From assembly GCF_006345805.1 (NCBI RefSeq), contig NC_042998.1, positions 85,312,001 to 85,376,000 of the forward strand: 64,000 nt of DNA. Reading direction: 5' to 3'. Origin of the DNA: Octopus sinensis (lineage: Eukaryota). A program made the translations under genes and the position numbers. Position 1 is the stretch's first letter. Every line of letters starts with the position of its first letter. The notes under the pieces are model-generated. The model saw only the letters and a program-made list of their open reading frames with translations, did no database searches and had not been told where the DNA came from. Below are positions 53,011-64,000 of the stretch, one piece after another.

Positions 53011-53867
53011 TATATATATACACATACACATTAATATATGCATGCACACACATGTAGTTATTTAAGATGATAGAGATATACAATAACAAAATGACCAAAA
53101 GAATATCAAAACCTGTCAGAGTATAAATAAAGCCCAAAGATAGTCTTAATACAATACATCAACACCTCTATCACTGTGTATTTACTTAATCCATTGCATC
53201 ATAGATATATACCTTGCTAGAAACAATTACACATCACTGATTGAGACATAATTATCAGTAAAATCTCAATTCATCAAATATCTACACACACACACACATC
53301 ATTATCTTATTTTATTCTTCATTAACAGTACTTCAAAATTGAGGTCAATTTAATTATCTAATTCTATACTCTGAAAGTCGGTCAAAAGTAGGCTTGTATC
53401 TCAGTACAATGCTTCACATTACATATTTTGATAATGATTTACTTTACTTCATTTCTTTCTCTCTCTTAAGACCTTTGCTTCTAATCAAGCATAGGCCAAC
53501 AATGACATTTCTGCAGTGTTTTCAGCTCTAGGGTCTTAAGGTGTGGCCTATCCATCCTTGAAGAAAGGCCTTCTGCTCCCAGGTCTTGTTAATTTTGAAT
53601 TATCATTGATGCTCCTGTAACTTGTGAAGGTACATGGCTTAGTGGTTAGGTCGTTGCACTCATGATCTTAAGATTGCACATTCAGCTCCTGGACTGAGTG
53701 ATGTGTTGTGTTCTTGAGCAAAACACTTCATTTCACAATTCTCCAGTGTACTCATCTGGCAAAATTGAGCATTCCTGCAATGGACCTGAGTCCTGTTCCA
53801 AGTGGAGTAATGTATATGTGCCACAGAATTAGGAAAACTGGCACTATGAGTCTATATGACTCTAGAA

Positions 53868-54172
53868 CAAGGCTGGCCAACCTGAGGCCTGCAAACTTTT
53901 GTCTTGCTTGATATTTTCTTGAAATGGGTTATTTAAACAAGCATTTTAAAAATTTTATCAAAAATTAAAGATCGTAATGAAAAGTAAAAGAGAAAGATAC
54001 TACTGTTTTTGCAACGATAATATTTCATGTTGAATCAACATTAATTCATTCATTATTCTAATAATAGTATGAGAAAGCAAAATGTTTTCAATTCTGTCAG
54101 TATATAAGCAGACCCCCAAAAACTTTCTGTGATTAAAGTGGCTCACAATGTAATTTGAATTGGCCAGATCTG
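53868..54172. mobile_element. hAT/Charlie-type MITE inserted at the end of a SINE
   Basis: Perfect 8-bp TSD CTCTAGAA; TIRs CAAGGCTGGCCAA / TTGGCCAGATCTG. Confidence 0.88.
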
Positions 54173-54743
54173 CTCTAGAAGGATCTTTATCCCTACTTTT
54201 ATCATTCTGTAACTTTGCCTTTTCCTAGGTAAAAGTGTTGACCCTACAGAAGTCCATTTTCACTTCTGAGAAGAGGTAGTTCACATTAATCTGGCCCTCT
54301 ATCCTATGACATGTCCAACATGGGATGCCCTACCAGGAGCTCGCACACTGCTGGCAGAGCTCTCAGGGTCACACAAGCCACAGCACTGCAACAAGGACCG
54401 GATCTGATGATTACTTTATTTCTTACAGTGTGTTATTTATAGTAAATGAAGTCAGAGAGATTTAAGCGCATGTTCTGAGGGAAGAGAGGCTTAGCTATTT
54501 AATTTTCACAAACAAATCTGTTTTTAAATATTTAGAATAAACAAGATGAATAAAGAAAGTTGGGAATGAGGTCATTTGAAATGCAAATAAAGTCCTTGAT
54601 ATTGATGAAATTAAAACACTGTCAACTAAAAGCAGTAATTAGGTCATGCAGTAAACAGCCATGAACAATTCAAACATTGACCAGATTTTCTTCCTACACA
54701 ATCCACCTTATAGTTATGGATGAAAGCAGAAACACAAACTCAC

Positions 54744-54764
54744 TTGTATATGCATGCCAGAGCT
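54744..54764 (-). CDS. 21-nt symmetric phase-1 microexon, (E)LWHAYT
   Basis: Acceptor aattactttttcacag, donor CAA|gtgagt; length is a multiple of 3 and it is open in the phase of the other exons. Confidence 0.55.
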
Positions 54765-55869
54765 CTGTGAAAAAGTAATTTTTAAGCTGATTACACTATG
54801 AAAATAAAAGGTAGTTTTTGTTCCAGTTTTACTTCGAGGATATCTACTCCAATATTTTAACTTGTTTGCACATTTTTTTTGACAAACTGCCATTTGTAAT
54901 ATTAACACAGAGTGAAAAATTATGGTCTCAGAATTTTTGTTTAATTTTGAGTCAACCCTCATTGAGCAGACCTATAATCAAAGGCCATCCAGCCATAAAC
55001 ATCCCATCTGTTTCAACCTACATGGAACCCAGAACTATATTAGCCAATGTGTCTTCCTTTTTTAAGATGGCAGGGTGTAATTTGAGGGAAATTTGGTTGC
55101 TATTGCTAGCAGATCAAGTGACTATACAGAGGCTTTCTCCTCCTTGGTATGGACTTAGAAGTTACAGGAAGAGGTAGGTGCTTGCCATCAGTAGCTGCAA
55201 CCTTAATAATGTAAACAAGTAAACCTTGTTTACTTAATTATTTTCAAACGAATGGAATTAAAAATGCCCAGCACTCCTAATTAAAGAAATCTCGAAAAGC
55301 AGTACTTTTGTGGAGAAACTGTCTATAATTGTTGCTAGTTTTGCTTCCAACCTCACAATACTCAACAAAAGTACTCCAGTACATTCCTCCTTCACTCCAT
55401 GAGATTTGTCATTTTGCATACATACATGCTAATTGTAAAAAATATGCTTTTGATTACTCTAAATCAATAATGCTATTAGCCCCGACATTATGTACCAGAA
55501 ATAGTTCATATTCTTACCAAATTCCTCAATCAATCTTTCCCTAGAGAGTTTTTTTTACCAGTCTTTGGTATAAAGTAGGTTCCATTCTAAAGAAGAGCAA
55601 CTTCTGATACGGCCAACTATCAACTGAAAACAGTTTCTAAAAATACTCATCTTCAACACCTTTCAGTTGTTTTCCTTTTCCCTGAAAAGGATACATTCAC
55701 TCCTCAGTGTTTCTTCACTCTAGACAATTTCAGCTTCAGCAATATTGTTTCACTTGTTTTTAGAGAGCATTTGGCTGTGTCTGATATAAGAAACTCCAAG
55801 CCTAGTTACTTGTCTATGGACTTCAACTCTTAGATTTAAAGCTACATGCCCAAATGCATCACTGTAGAG

Positions 55870-56062
55870 CAACATTTCTCAACCGGGGTCCTGCGAGAAA
55901 GAGTGATGTTAATGCTAATTTCATGATCATAATATTACTATACATGCACAACATATTATTGGTTATTGTAATATAGACATCATCCTATCTAACCTATTAT
56001 GTTATCAAAAAAATATAACAACTATTGAGGATATATTTAGTGATGTCTGTAATTTATGGACA

Positions 56063-56123
<61 letters not shown>

Positions 56124-56253
56124 ATTTACCACGTGAACTACAATGAAAAAATATGAGTAATATATGGTATATAATTTGTTTTTTGTGCAGGGGTTCCTTG
56201 AGACATAATTTATTTTAAGGGTTACACATGAGTAAAAAGGTTGAGAAACGCTG
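55870..56253. mobile_element. hAT/Charlie-type MITE containing a (TA)n run
   Basis: TIRs CAACATTTCTCAACC / GGTTGAGAAACGCTG; TSD CTGTAGAG / CTATAGAG. Confidence 0.88.
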
Positions 56254-56269
56254 CTATAGAGTGTGCAGG

Positions 56270-56720
56270 TGAAACTATTTCTGATTCACAATCTATCAAC
56301 CCAGTTTTGTCTCTCCTCCTCCATTAATTCTCTTGTAACAAACAATCTGCTTGCCATCTTCAATAGTGCTCACTCTTATGTTGATAACACTGCTCTTTAC
56401 AACCTTCCTTAACTTTCCCCACACAAACATCATTCACATGCAATGTAGACACCTCACACTAAGGAGGTACAGCCTCTATGAACAAAGACCTAAAAAATAT
56501 CTTTCAAAGAGGACATGAACACTTTGATGAGGACATTCTCTTTCAACAGGACAAATACACAACCACTACATACATCAAGGAGACAATCTTGTACCTCACC
56601 TTCTCTAACAATTAAACTCCACATAAATTTGCTAAACCTCACAATCTCTGATGATTCTATATTCCTAACATAGCAAAAACTGCATCCTTTTCTAGGTCAG
56701 AAAATGCTTTAACGCTGATC
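56270..56720 (+). mobile_element. Decayed LINE RT fragment related to 29085-30170
   Basis: NNLLAIFNSAHSYVDNT, a YADD-region relic. Confidence 0.6.
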
Positions 56721-57639
56721 GTCAGCTGCTGCTGGTTGTGGTAAACACACAAAATATCACAGACCAAATCTAAAAGAACATTCACCTAACTGACAAATGT
56801 TAAAACCAACTCACTGGATTTACTTTACTTTCTTATTCACTGACTTATTGAATATCAACATTATGAAGCTTGTAAATATCAGAAGACTTATGAAGGCCAT
56901 AATTACTGAAACCTTCCTCCAAACTAAGCAAGACATGAAAATATAGAGCTTATTTTAACTAGTTATGATACCAACAGAATTAATTGAAGTTAAGTAGAAT
57001 TAAGTATCTTACTTGGAGGAATGGCTCAACCACCTAGTTTCAGGTTCAGATTTATAAGTGAATCTAGTTGATAAAAACAGTATAAAGTGTGTGTATGTGT
57101 GTGTTATGCATAAATATGTATATACATGATAGTGTGTGTATCTGTGTGAATGTTTACATTCTGTGCTTCACATGAAAAAACACTAAGTTATAGTGAAGTT
57201 TGTTGTCATTCCCTCTCAACAAATCTTTCACAAGATGTGTGCTTTTGAAGACATGGGGAATAAAAACATATCCTTTTCTTGAAAAACTGGTACAAGTTTA
57301 CTGTGAGGAAGGACATCTACCTTAGAAACAATGCTTCAATGATATGTATTCAACTAACCCATACTAGCATGGAAAAACTGACATAAAACAAACTTGGAGA
57401 TGCAACAAAATAGTTGCAATGGTAAAATTTGAATTATAACCTTCCATCTATTACCCTAGACACATTGACCAGGCTGTAGTAAAAGTTAGCATTAAAGTAG
57501 AGTTTGAAGCTTTCTTTGTGCTGTTGAACAGCAATAATTGAACACCAATAGCTCTTTTGTGTCTTGTGAAGGATGAACAGTAGAAGGAATGGAGAACTAC
57601 TACCTAAAATCATTCCTATTATTCCTTTCACAAAAAAAA

Positions 57640-57920
57640 AAAAAAGGAGGGGTTTCTCTCTTCATGTGATATGCAGACAATATGAGGCATAAATGAGAAG
57701 CATAATGTTCTATGGAAAGGGGAAAATGGGCAGTGAATGGAAGCAGAGCTACTGTGATTGGAGAAAAATGAGGTCCATTAAAACGAGCAATGTTAACTAA
57801 TGATAAAAGCTGGAACACAAGTGAGTTTACTGATGTATGCAGAAAGAGACAACTGCACAGTTATGGACATGTAATGCATGTGGAAGATGCATGCTGGAGA
57901 AAGGAATCCAACCAGAAAAT
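57640..57920 (+). mobile_element. RTE-clade LINE relic
   Basis: RKRQLHSYGHVMHVED resembles the RRLRWxGHVxRM motif. Confidence 0.6.
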
Positions 57921-58258
57921 GTTAACTAGTATAAATAATATTCATGCAACGTTTTATAATGTTTTAACTAAAATGTTATGGTGGTTGTTGTTAATTTATA
58001 GTTTATTTTACTGATTTTGAAACAACTCATGTTGAAGTAATAAATAGAATACATATATATAAAACATTTAAAGTAGCACTGTAAACATCACTACACATAC
58101 ACAACGAACTAAACAACAACACACATACATACACACACACAAACAACTACCCACACACACAAAATAACTAATCAACCAAACATCCTACTACATACACACA
58201 CCTACACACATAATTTTGAGCGTTTATATCAGTTACAAGTACGAACTAAGTGAATTAC

Positions 58259-58357
58259 CTAACATAACAAACATGATCATCTTTAGACGAAATACAGGTT
58301 TTAATTCACCGCCACTACATTAATGTCACCACCACCACCCATCACCATAGTGCATCT
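58259..58357 (-). CDS. Candidate 99-nt stop-containing exon; phase-1 reading (E)MHYGDGWWW*
   Basis: Acceptor ttttactatcacatcag after a pyrimidine tract, donor TAG|gtaatt, local CpG retention. Confidence 0.4.
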
Positions 58358-59033
58358 CTGATGTGATAGTAAAACTAGCAAGAGCAAAAAGGAGTGGAGA
58401 GAGAAAAGTTTTATATATGTGTGTTTATGTTTACCAGGTGTATCTATAATCACACTTCAAATCCATTTGAAACATAACTAGGTATTAGCACATTGAAATT
58501 ATGTTCAACACAGATAAGATGTAAAGAAATTAGAGGGAGGTCTTAAGAAAATAAATCTAAGGTAAGATGGTCTGGAATTCAAGGAAATTGGTAGTGGTAG
58601 TCAGAGGTATCATTATTATCATTTTATATTTGCTTTCTGTACTGGCATGGGTTAGATTATTCATCTCAATCTGACAGGTTGGACAACCATGTATTGCTCA
58701 GATGTTTGATTTGGCATGGTTTCAATGGCTGGATGCTCTTCCTGATACCAATCATTTTACAGTGTGTACTAGGATGCATTTTTTAATGACATCAGCACCA
58801 GAGAGGTTGAAATGGCCTATGCCAAGAAGAAAGAACCTCATAAACCTCATGTTCCCTCTGCTCAATTCATCATCCACTTTACAGAATGTACTGGCTGCAT
58901 TGTTTTCTTCAGTTTTTTGTAGCACCAGCACAAGTGAGGTCACTTTGTAACTCACAAAACTAAAGACCACTCTCTTCATAAATAAAAGAAAGAATAGGTA
59001 GGAGAATATCTTTAAATGAGGTAATGAGGGAAG

Positions 59034-59272
59034 TTAACCCCTTTTGATATGAACTCATCTGATGATGACCCTTGTTCTATGATAAAACCATCCCAAGCAA
59101 TCTAAATTAAAACCTTCCATCAAATAAAAACATCTACCCCTCCATGTTAATTTATGTTCTATACATAAGCTTAATAATGGCAAAGTTATTTTATTAAATT
59201 CTTCATTATTTTCAAAATTAATTGAAACAGAGGCAGTGGATTTCAACAGATATAAATTAACAAAAGGGTTAA
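59034..59272. mobile_element. TTAA-flanked piggyBac-like MITE
   Basis: TTAA-CCCCTTTTG..CAAAAGGG-TTAA. Confidence 0.75.
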
Positions 59273-59639
59273 TGCAGAAGTATATTCATAAAAGTGTAAA
59301 ATATAGTCCAGTAATTCTCTTTTTGTCATAAAGGAACAAGTGTTGGAAATGTCAGATTTTTTAACTCCTCACAACAAATGAATTGATTGTCATTTATTCA
59401 TTATATTGCCTGATCAAAAGGGAAAGGCAATGCTCATGACCATTTACAGGGCCTTTGAGATGGGAGTACAGAGGGATGAAGCTATCTTTAAATTGGAGAT
59501 CTGGTCCAAATGCTTGAATCAGAGTCAATTCCACCACAGGCATCCAAGGGCCAGAGTGATGAATGAACAGAGGCCACAAGGAAATTTGAAATGAAAATGC
59601 AGAGGCTTGGCTATCTGTCAGTAACAGTGAATGTTCCAA

Positions 59640-59920
59640 TTGATCTGATCAACAGAACAACCTGTCAGTGAAAATAATGTGCAAGTGGCTGAGCATTCCA
59701 CAGACATGCATACTCTTGATGCTGTTCCCAGGGAGATTCAGCATGACACAGAGTGTAACAAAGTTGGCCCTTTGAACTACAGGTACTATTCCTTTTTGTT
59801 GGCTGAGTAGTCTGGAGCAATGAGAAATAAAGTATCTTGCTCAAGGTCGCAACATGTTACCAGGAATCAAACTCACAGCCTTGCGATTGTGAGCTGAATA
59901 TCCTAGTCATTAAGCCATGA
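59640..59920 (-). mobile_element. tRNA-derived SINE, family D
   Basis: Shares GCTGAGTA.ACTG.AGCAA..TCTTGCTCAAG..CCAGGAA with 21270-21440 and the reverse complement of 53626-53780. Confidence 0.7.
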
Positions 59921-61327
59921 ACCTTCTATAATGCAGAGGACCTGAACAAATACTATAAGGTTACATTTCCAAAGCACTTAACAATTCCACAGGTTCTACC
60001 AGTACAGAATGGTATCTTACTTAACATTGGAAGGGTGAACAATAAGGCTGACCTCAGCAGAATTTGAAATGAGAGTACAAGAGGTGGGAATAAATACTGC
60101 AAAGCATTTTGTTAAATGTTCTAGACTTTATCATTTATCTTTTACTATCAATCTGTTTTACTGGTTTTTAACTTAAAGAGGACAAAGAAACCAATATCAG
60201 TTGTCAAGTATGGTGGTGGGGTGGAGAACACACACACATTTATACAAGGGAGTGCCACAAGTTTTTTGTTGACCAAATTGATTCATAAGGCACTGGTCAA
60301 CACCAGACTATAGAAGGCACTTGACCAAGGTGTCATGCAGTGGGACTGAAACTGAAACCATGTGGTTGCAAAGTGACCTTCTTAACCACAAAACCAAGCC
60401 TATGCTCATGCAAAAGGAAAAAGAAAACTTCTCTGACCAAAATGCTAGATTATAATTCCCCTTATTGAGCTGTTATCTTTTTATTTAAGTTTTCTTGTGT
60501 TAACTTTTGCTCATTCTGATCACCATAACAAGTCCCAAATTCTAATGATTATCTTTGATCAGTGAAAGAATACAATGGATTATAGAATATCTTTAGAATC
60601 CTTCAATGGAAATAGCAATTGAAATTATAATTATGATGAGTGTAAATTGTATTCAAATAATAAAAATAATAAAATTACAAGGAAAGTAAAATTGAATAAA
60701 TGTGATAAATTTTGAGTATTTTTAGCATAAAAATAAGATCATAGTTAAATGGCAGGAATAACAGCAGTTAATCTCTGAAAACAAAAGAATGAAAACTTGG
60801 CTTCTTCTATCGACAGAAAATATTGGGATATTTAAGATGGGAGAGAGAGGAAGCGGGAAGGACACACTCTCTCTCTCGTATTTTCATATATATATATATA
60901 TATTACAAACAGATACATACACACACGCATATATGACTACTAGAGAAGAGAACCCTCAGTACTGAGATAATGAAGTGCATTTTTATATTTTAAATTGAGT
61001 AATTCAATGTTATACATTCATTGGAACTTGTAAATCAGATCCTTCTGGGATCATTGAAATAAAAGTAATAGTCAAGTACTGGGGTCAACTTAATCAATGA
61101 TCTCGCTCTCATTAAAATGATGGTTTTGTGTCTATGTTATGTATAAATCATTAGTGTTAGACAAAATGCCATACAGTATTTCTTCTAGCTCTTTTTGTCT
61201 TGAATTCAAAGCCCTGCTGAGGTTAACTTTGCCTTTCATTCTCTCGGGGCCAATAAAATGAAGTACTGTCAAGTATTGGAGTGAATGGTATCTACTCCTT
61301 CCCTTATGCATAAATCAGAAGCCATTC

Positions 61328-61990
61328 ACCATCATCATCATTTAGCATCCGTTGTTCATGCAGCAATGGGATGGGCATTTGACCAGGGCCGGCAAGCTGG
61401 AAGGCTGCACCAGACTACAGTCTGATTTGGCATGGTTTCTACAGCTGGATGCCCTTCCTAATGCTAACCACTCAGAGTAGTGGATTGGTTAATTGTTAGA
61501 GCATCAGACAAAATGGCCTATAGTATTTCTTTCGATACTTTGCATTTTGTGTTCAAATTTTGATGGGGTCAACTTTGTCTTTCATAGTTGATAAAATAAA
61601 ATGCCAGTCAAGTACCAGGGTCAATGGTAATGAATCACCTCTCCCCTCAAAATTCGACTTTGTACTTAGATCAGAAACTATTATTGTTCTTATATATTTT
61701 TCAGTACCATCTCGTGCTGGCACCATGAAAATAATATCCCATGCTGGTGCCACATAAAGAGCACTTATGCCAAAGTCACATAAGTAGCACCTGTGCAGGT
61801 GCCACATTAAAGGCACTCATGCTGGCACCAAGTAAAAAGCACCCAGCACACTCTGTAAAATGGTTGGCATTAAGAAGAGTATCCAGCCATAGAAACCTTT
61901 CCAAAACAGATGACTGGAGCCAGCTTGCCAGCTCCTGTCAAACCATTCAATCCATACCAGCATGGAAAATGGGCATATGATGATGATAAT
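61328..61990. mobile_element. Oppositely oriented family C copies flanking a family B relic
   Basis: Minus copy 61328-61480, plus copy 61715-61990. Confidence 0.7.
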
Positions 61991-64000
61991 GTGTGCCTTT
62001 AAAAATAAAGTGATTCTCATACTGACAAGTACCAGAACCCTCTGCCTGACTAAATTAAGGAAACTTTAACACTCCCAACTCTTTAATAAAAAGACAAAAT
62101 AGAGTTTGCTTTATATAATACTTCTTTTTTCACTATAGTCTTTGACAAATTTAAAAAGTTTAAAAATCTATCTAATTTTAGTAAACATGGCAATTTTTCA
62201 ACTTGCATCTCAATCATCATGGCCCCCTACTACCCAGGGGCACCTTAAAGTATTCAGATTTGTCCATCTACTTTCTAGTTCAAATCTCAATGGAGCAGTG
62301 AGTTGATTTAGTCTTAAATACTGGATATATCAAATAATGACTGATAATATACCAATATCAATAACACTATCAATACTAAACCGCAACTTGTGAGTCATAT
62401 GTGACTCTCAAAGGTACTATGTGTGCCTCCCAAGTTAAGACTGAGTTTCAGAGCTATTTTTGCTAAAGATACCAAACTCTAGGGATGCAGTAATGAAAGA
62501 AACAAAATTAAATTAGGCTATATATGTGTGAGTGTATGTTTGTGTATGTATATTTTCTCATGGTTAAAAAACAAAATTATTGTGAATCTTGAACATGAAA
62601 TAATACAGTTATAACAAATCAACTAAAAGTATGTTGACAATTCTAAGGGGAGACAAATGCCTACAAATATTCTAATGAATAAACATTTGAGAAAATATAT
62701 CCCTTAATTTCAAGAAAAAGCAGCCCTAACTCTTTCAAATCATACTCTACTGTCTTAATAAAAGGAACTTTGATCACAGGATAGGTCTGTTCAATTAGGA
62801 CTGACTAGGAGCTAAACAACAACACAGATCATAAGATTGTAAGACTAGGAAAACAGGCAATTTCAATTAGTTTCATTTTAACAGCTATTTTTTTAAGGCT
62901 ATCTTCCAATTGTAAATGATTAAAAGATATTTTCATAAAACTGAAATTAGTAGTGTTGGTGTTCATGGTGGTGGTGGTGAGGTTGTGATGAATATCAATC
63001 TACAATCATTTTTATTTTCCCCAAGAATTTCTATTTGAGCTTGGAATGTCAATTTTGGTTTCATAATACTTTCAATTCAATTCCTGCTTCCCCATCACGA
63101 CCTCCACCATCACTACCAGAATCTATCTGATTTCAAATATGAAATCCTTTCAGTTTCTTAATTTTTCTCTCAGTTTCAAATTAGGAAAATTCCTCTATTT
63201 TGTTGAGGATTAAGCCGTCAGTATTGAAACCTCATAAGATGGCTTTGATAAGAACCAAAAAAAAAAGACTTCTCAGATTTAATTATGTAATATTACAAGA
63301 ATATACAACCTAATGTCCAATAGAAATGATTCTATTCAGTAACAAATATTATTATTTTGTGTCGATATCAAATCTTTCTACTTCTCAAAAAATTGTGTGC
63401 ATTCTTTGGATGATTTGCAAAATAACAGAAACAAGGAAAATCCAATAATGGCAGTTGCAGCACAAACATTCTTGCCACAACACCTATTGAAAATTTCCTA
63501 TGAATTTACGCTAATACTATTTCCAACGTTTTGATTCAGGGAAAATATTCAATTTTGAAAACTCATTCTGTATTTCTAGTAATTCACTGACTCTCATTTG
63601 TATGAAGGTACACACACTCACCAGACATACATAAACACCAACATGAACGTAAACAAAATACAGGTAGACAGACAAACAAGCAGATTTAGAATACAGACAA
63701 CTGCAAGTGAAGCATGCACCAACATGCGCCCAGATGAAATTTCACAGATTGTGAAACATATATATACGCAGAACCACACCAAGACACAAGCCCAAACTTG
63801 TATCAGTGCACAGTGTTATATTACATAATTGCTTATTTTATTCTATATTCCATCAAGATCTATTTATCTACACACACACACACACACACACACTGAACCA
63901 TGAAACACAATTACATCAGTTATTTAGTCCATTCTCTATTACTCATTCCTCAATTTACTCAGCTAAACAGGTCCATACATGGATGTATAATTAAGAAGTT

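Noticed and set aside
50407-58357. Naming the host gene (QKI, RBPMS/cpo, Pbx/Meis and CaMKII were considered)
   Set aside because: No conserved domain lies in the window and the short peptides do not allow recognition

Overview
AT-rich, CpG-depleted, microsatellite- and SINE-saturated animal genomic DNA. The SINE families and repeat landscape look like coleoid cephalopod, most likely Octopus (recognition from memory, not a database result). The long ORFs in the track are almost all microsatellite or repeat artefacts. The window reads as introns of the 3' part of a large minus-strand gene that I cannot name. Its visible exons are tiny and in phase 1: a 21-nt microexon (54744-54764) and three mutually homologous 63-66-nt cassette exons (50407-50472, 30976-31038, 19657-19719), plus several candidate stop-containing or terminal exons. 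Also present: a full-length 5S rRNA copy fused to a SINE-type 3' tail; Penelope-like relics with GIY-YIG coding remnants and degenerate hammerhead-like motifs; long foldbacks; hAT-, piggyBac- and Helentron-type non-autonomous elements; decayed LINE fragments; and a CpG-retaining island at about 36.7-39.0 kb. Repeat boundaries are approximate and the SINE list is representative, not exhaustive.
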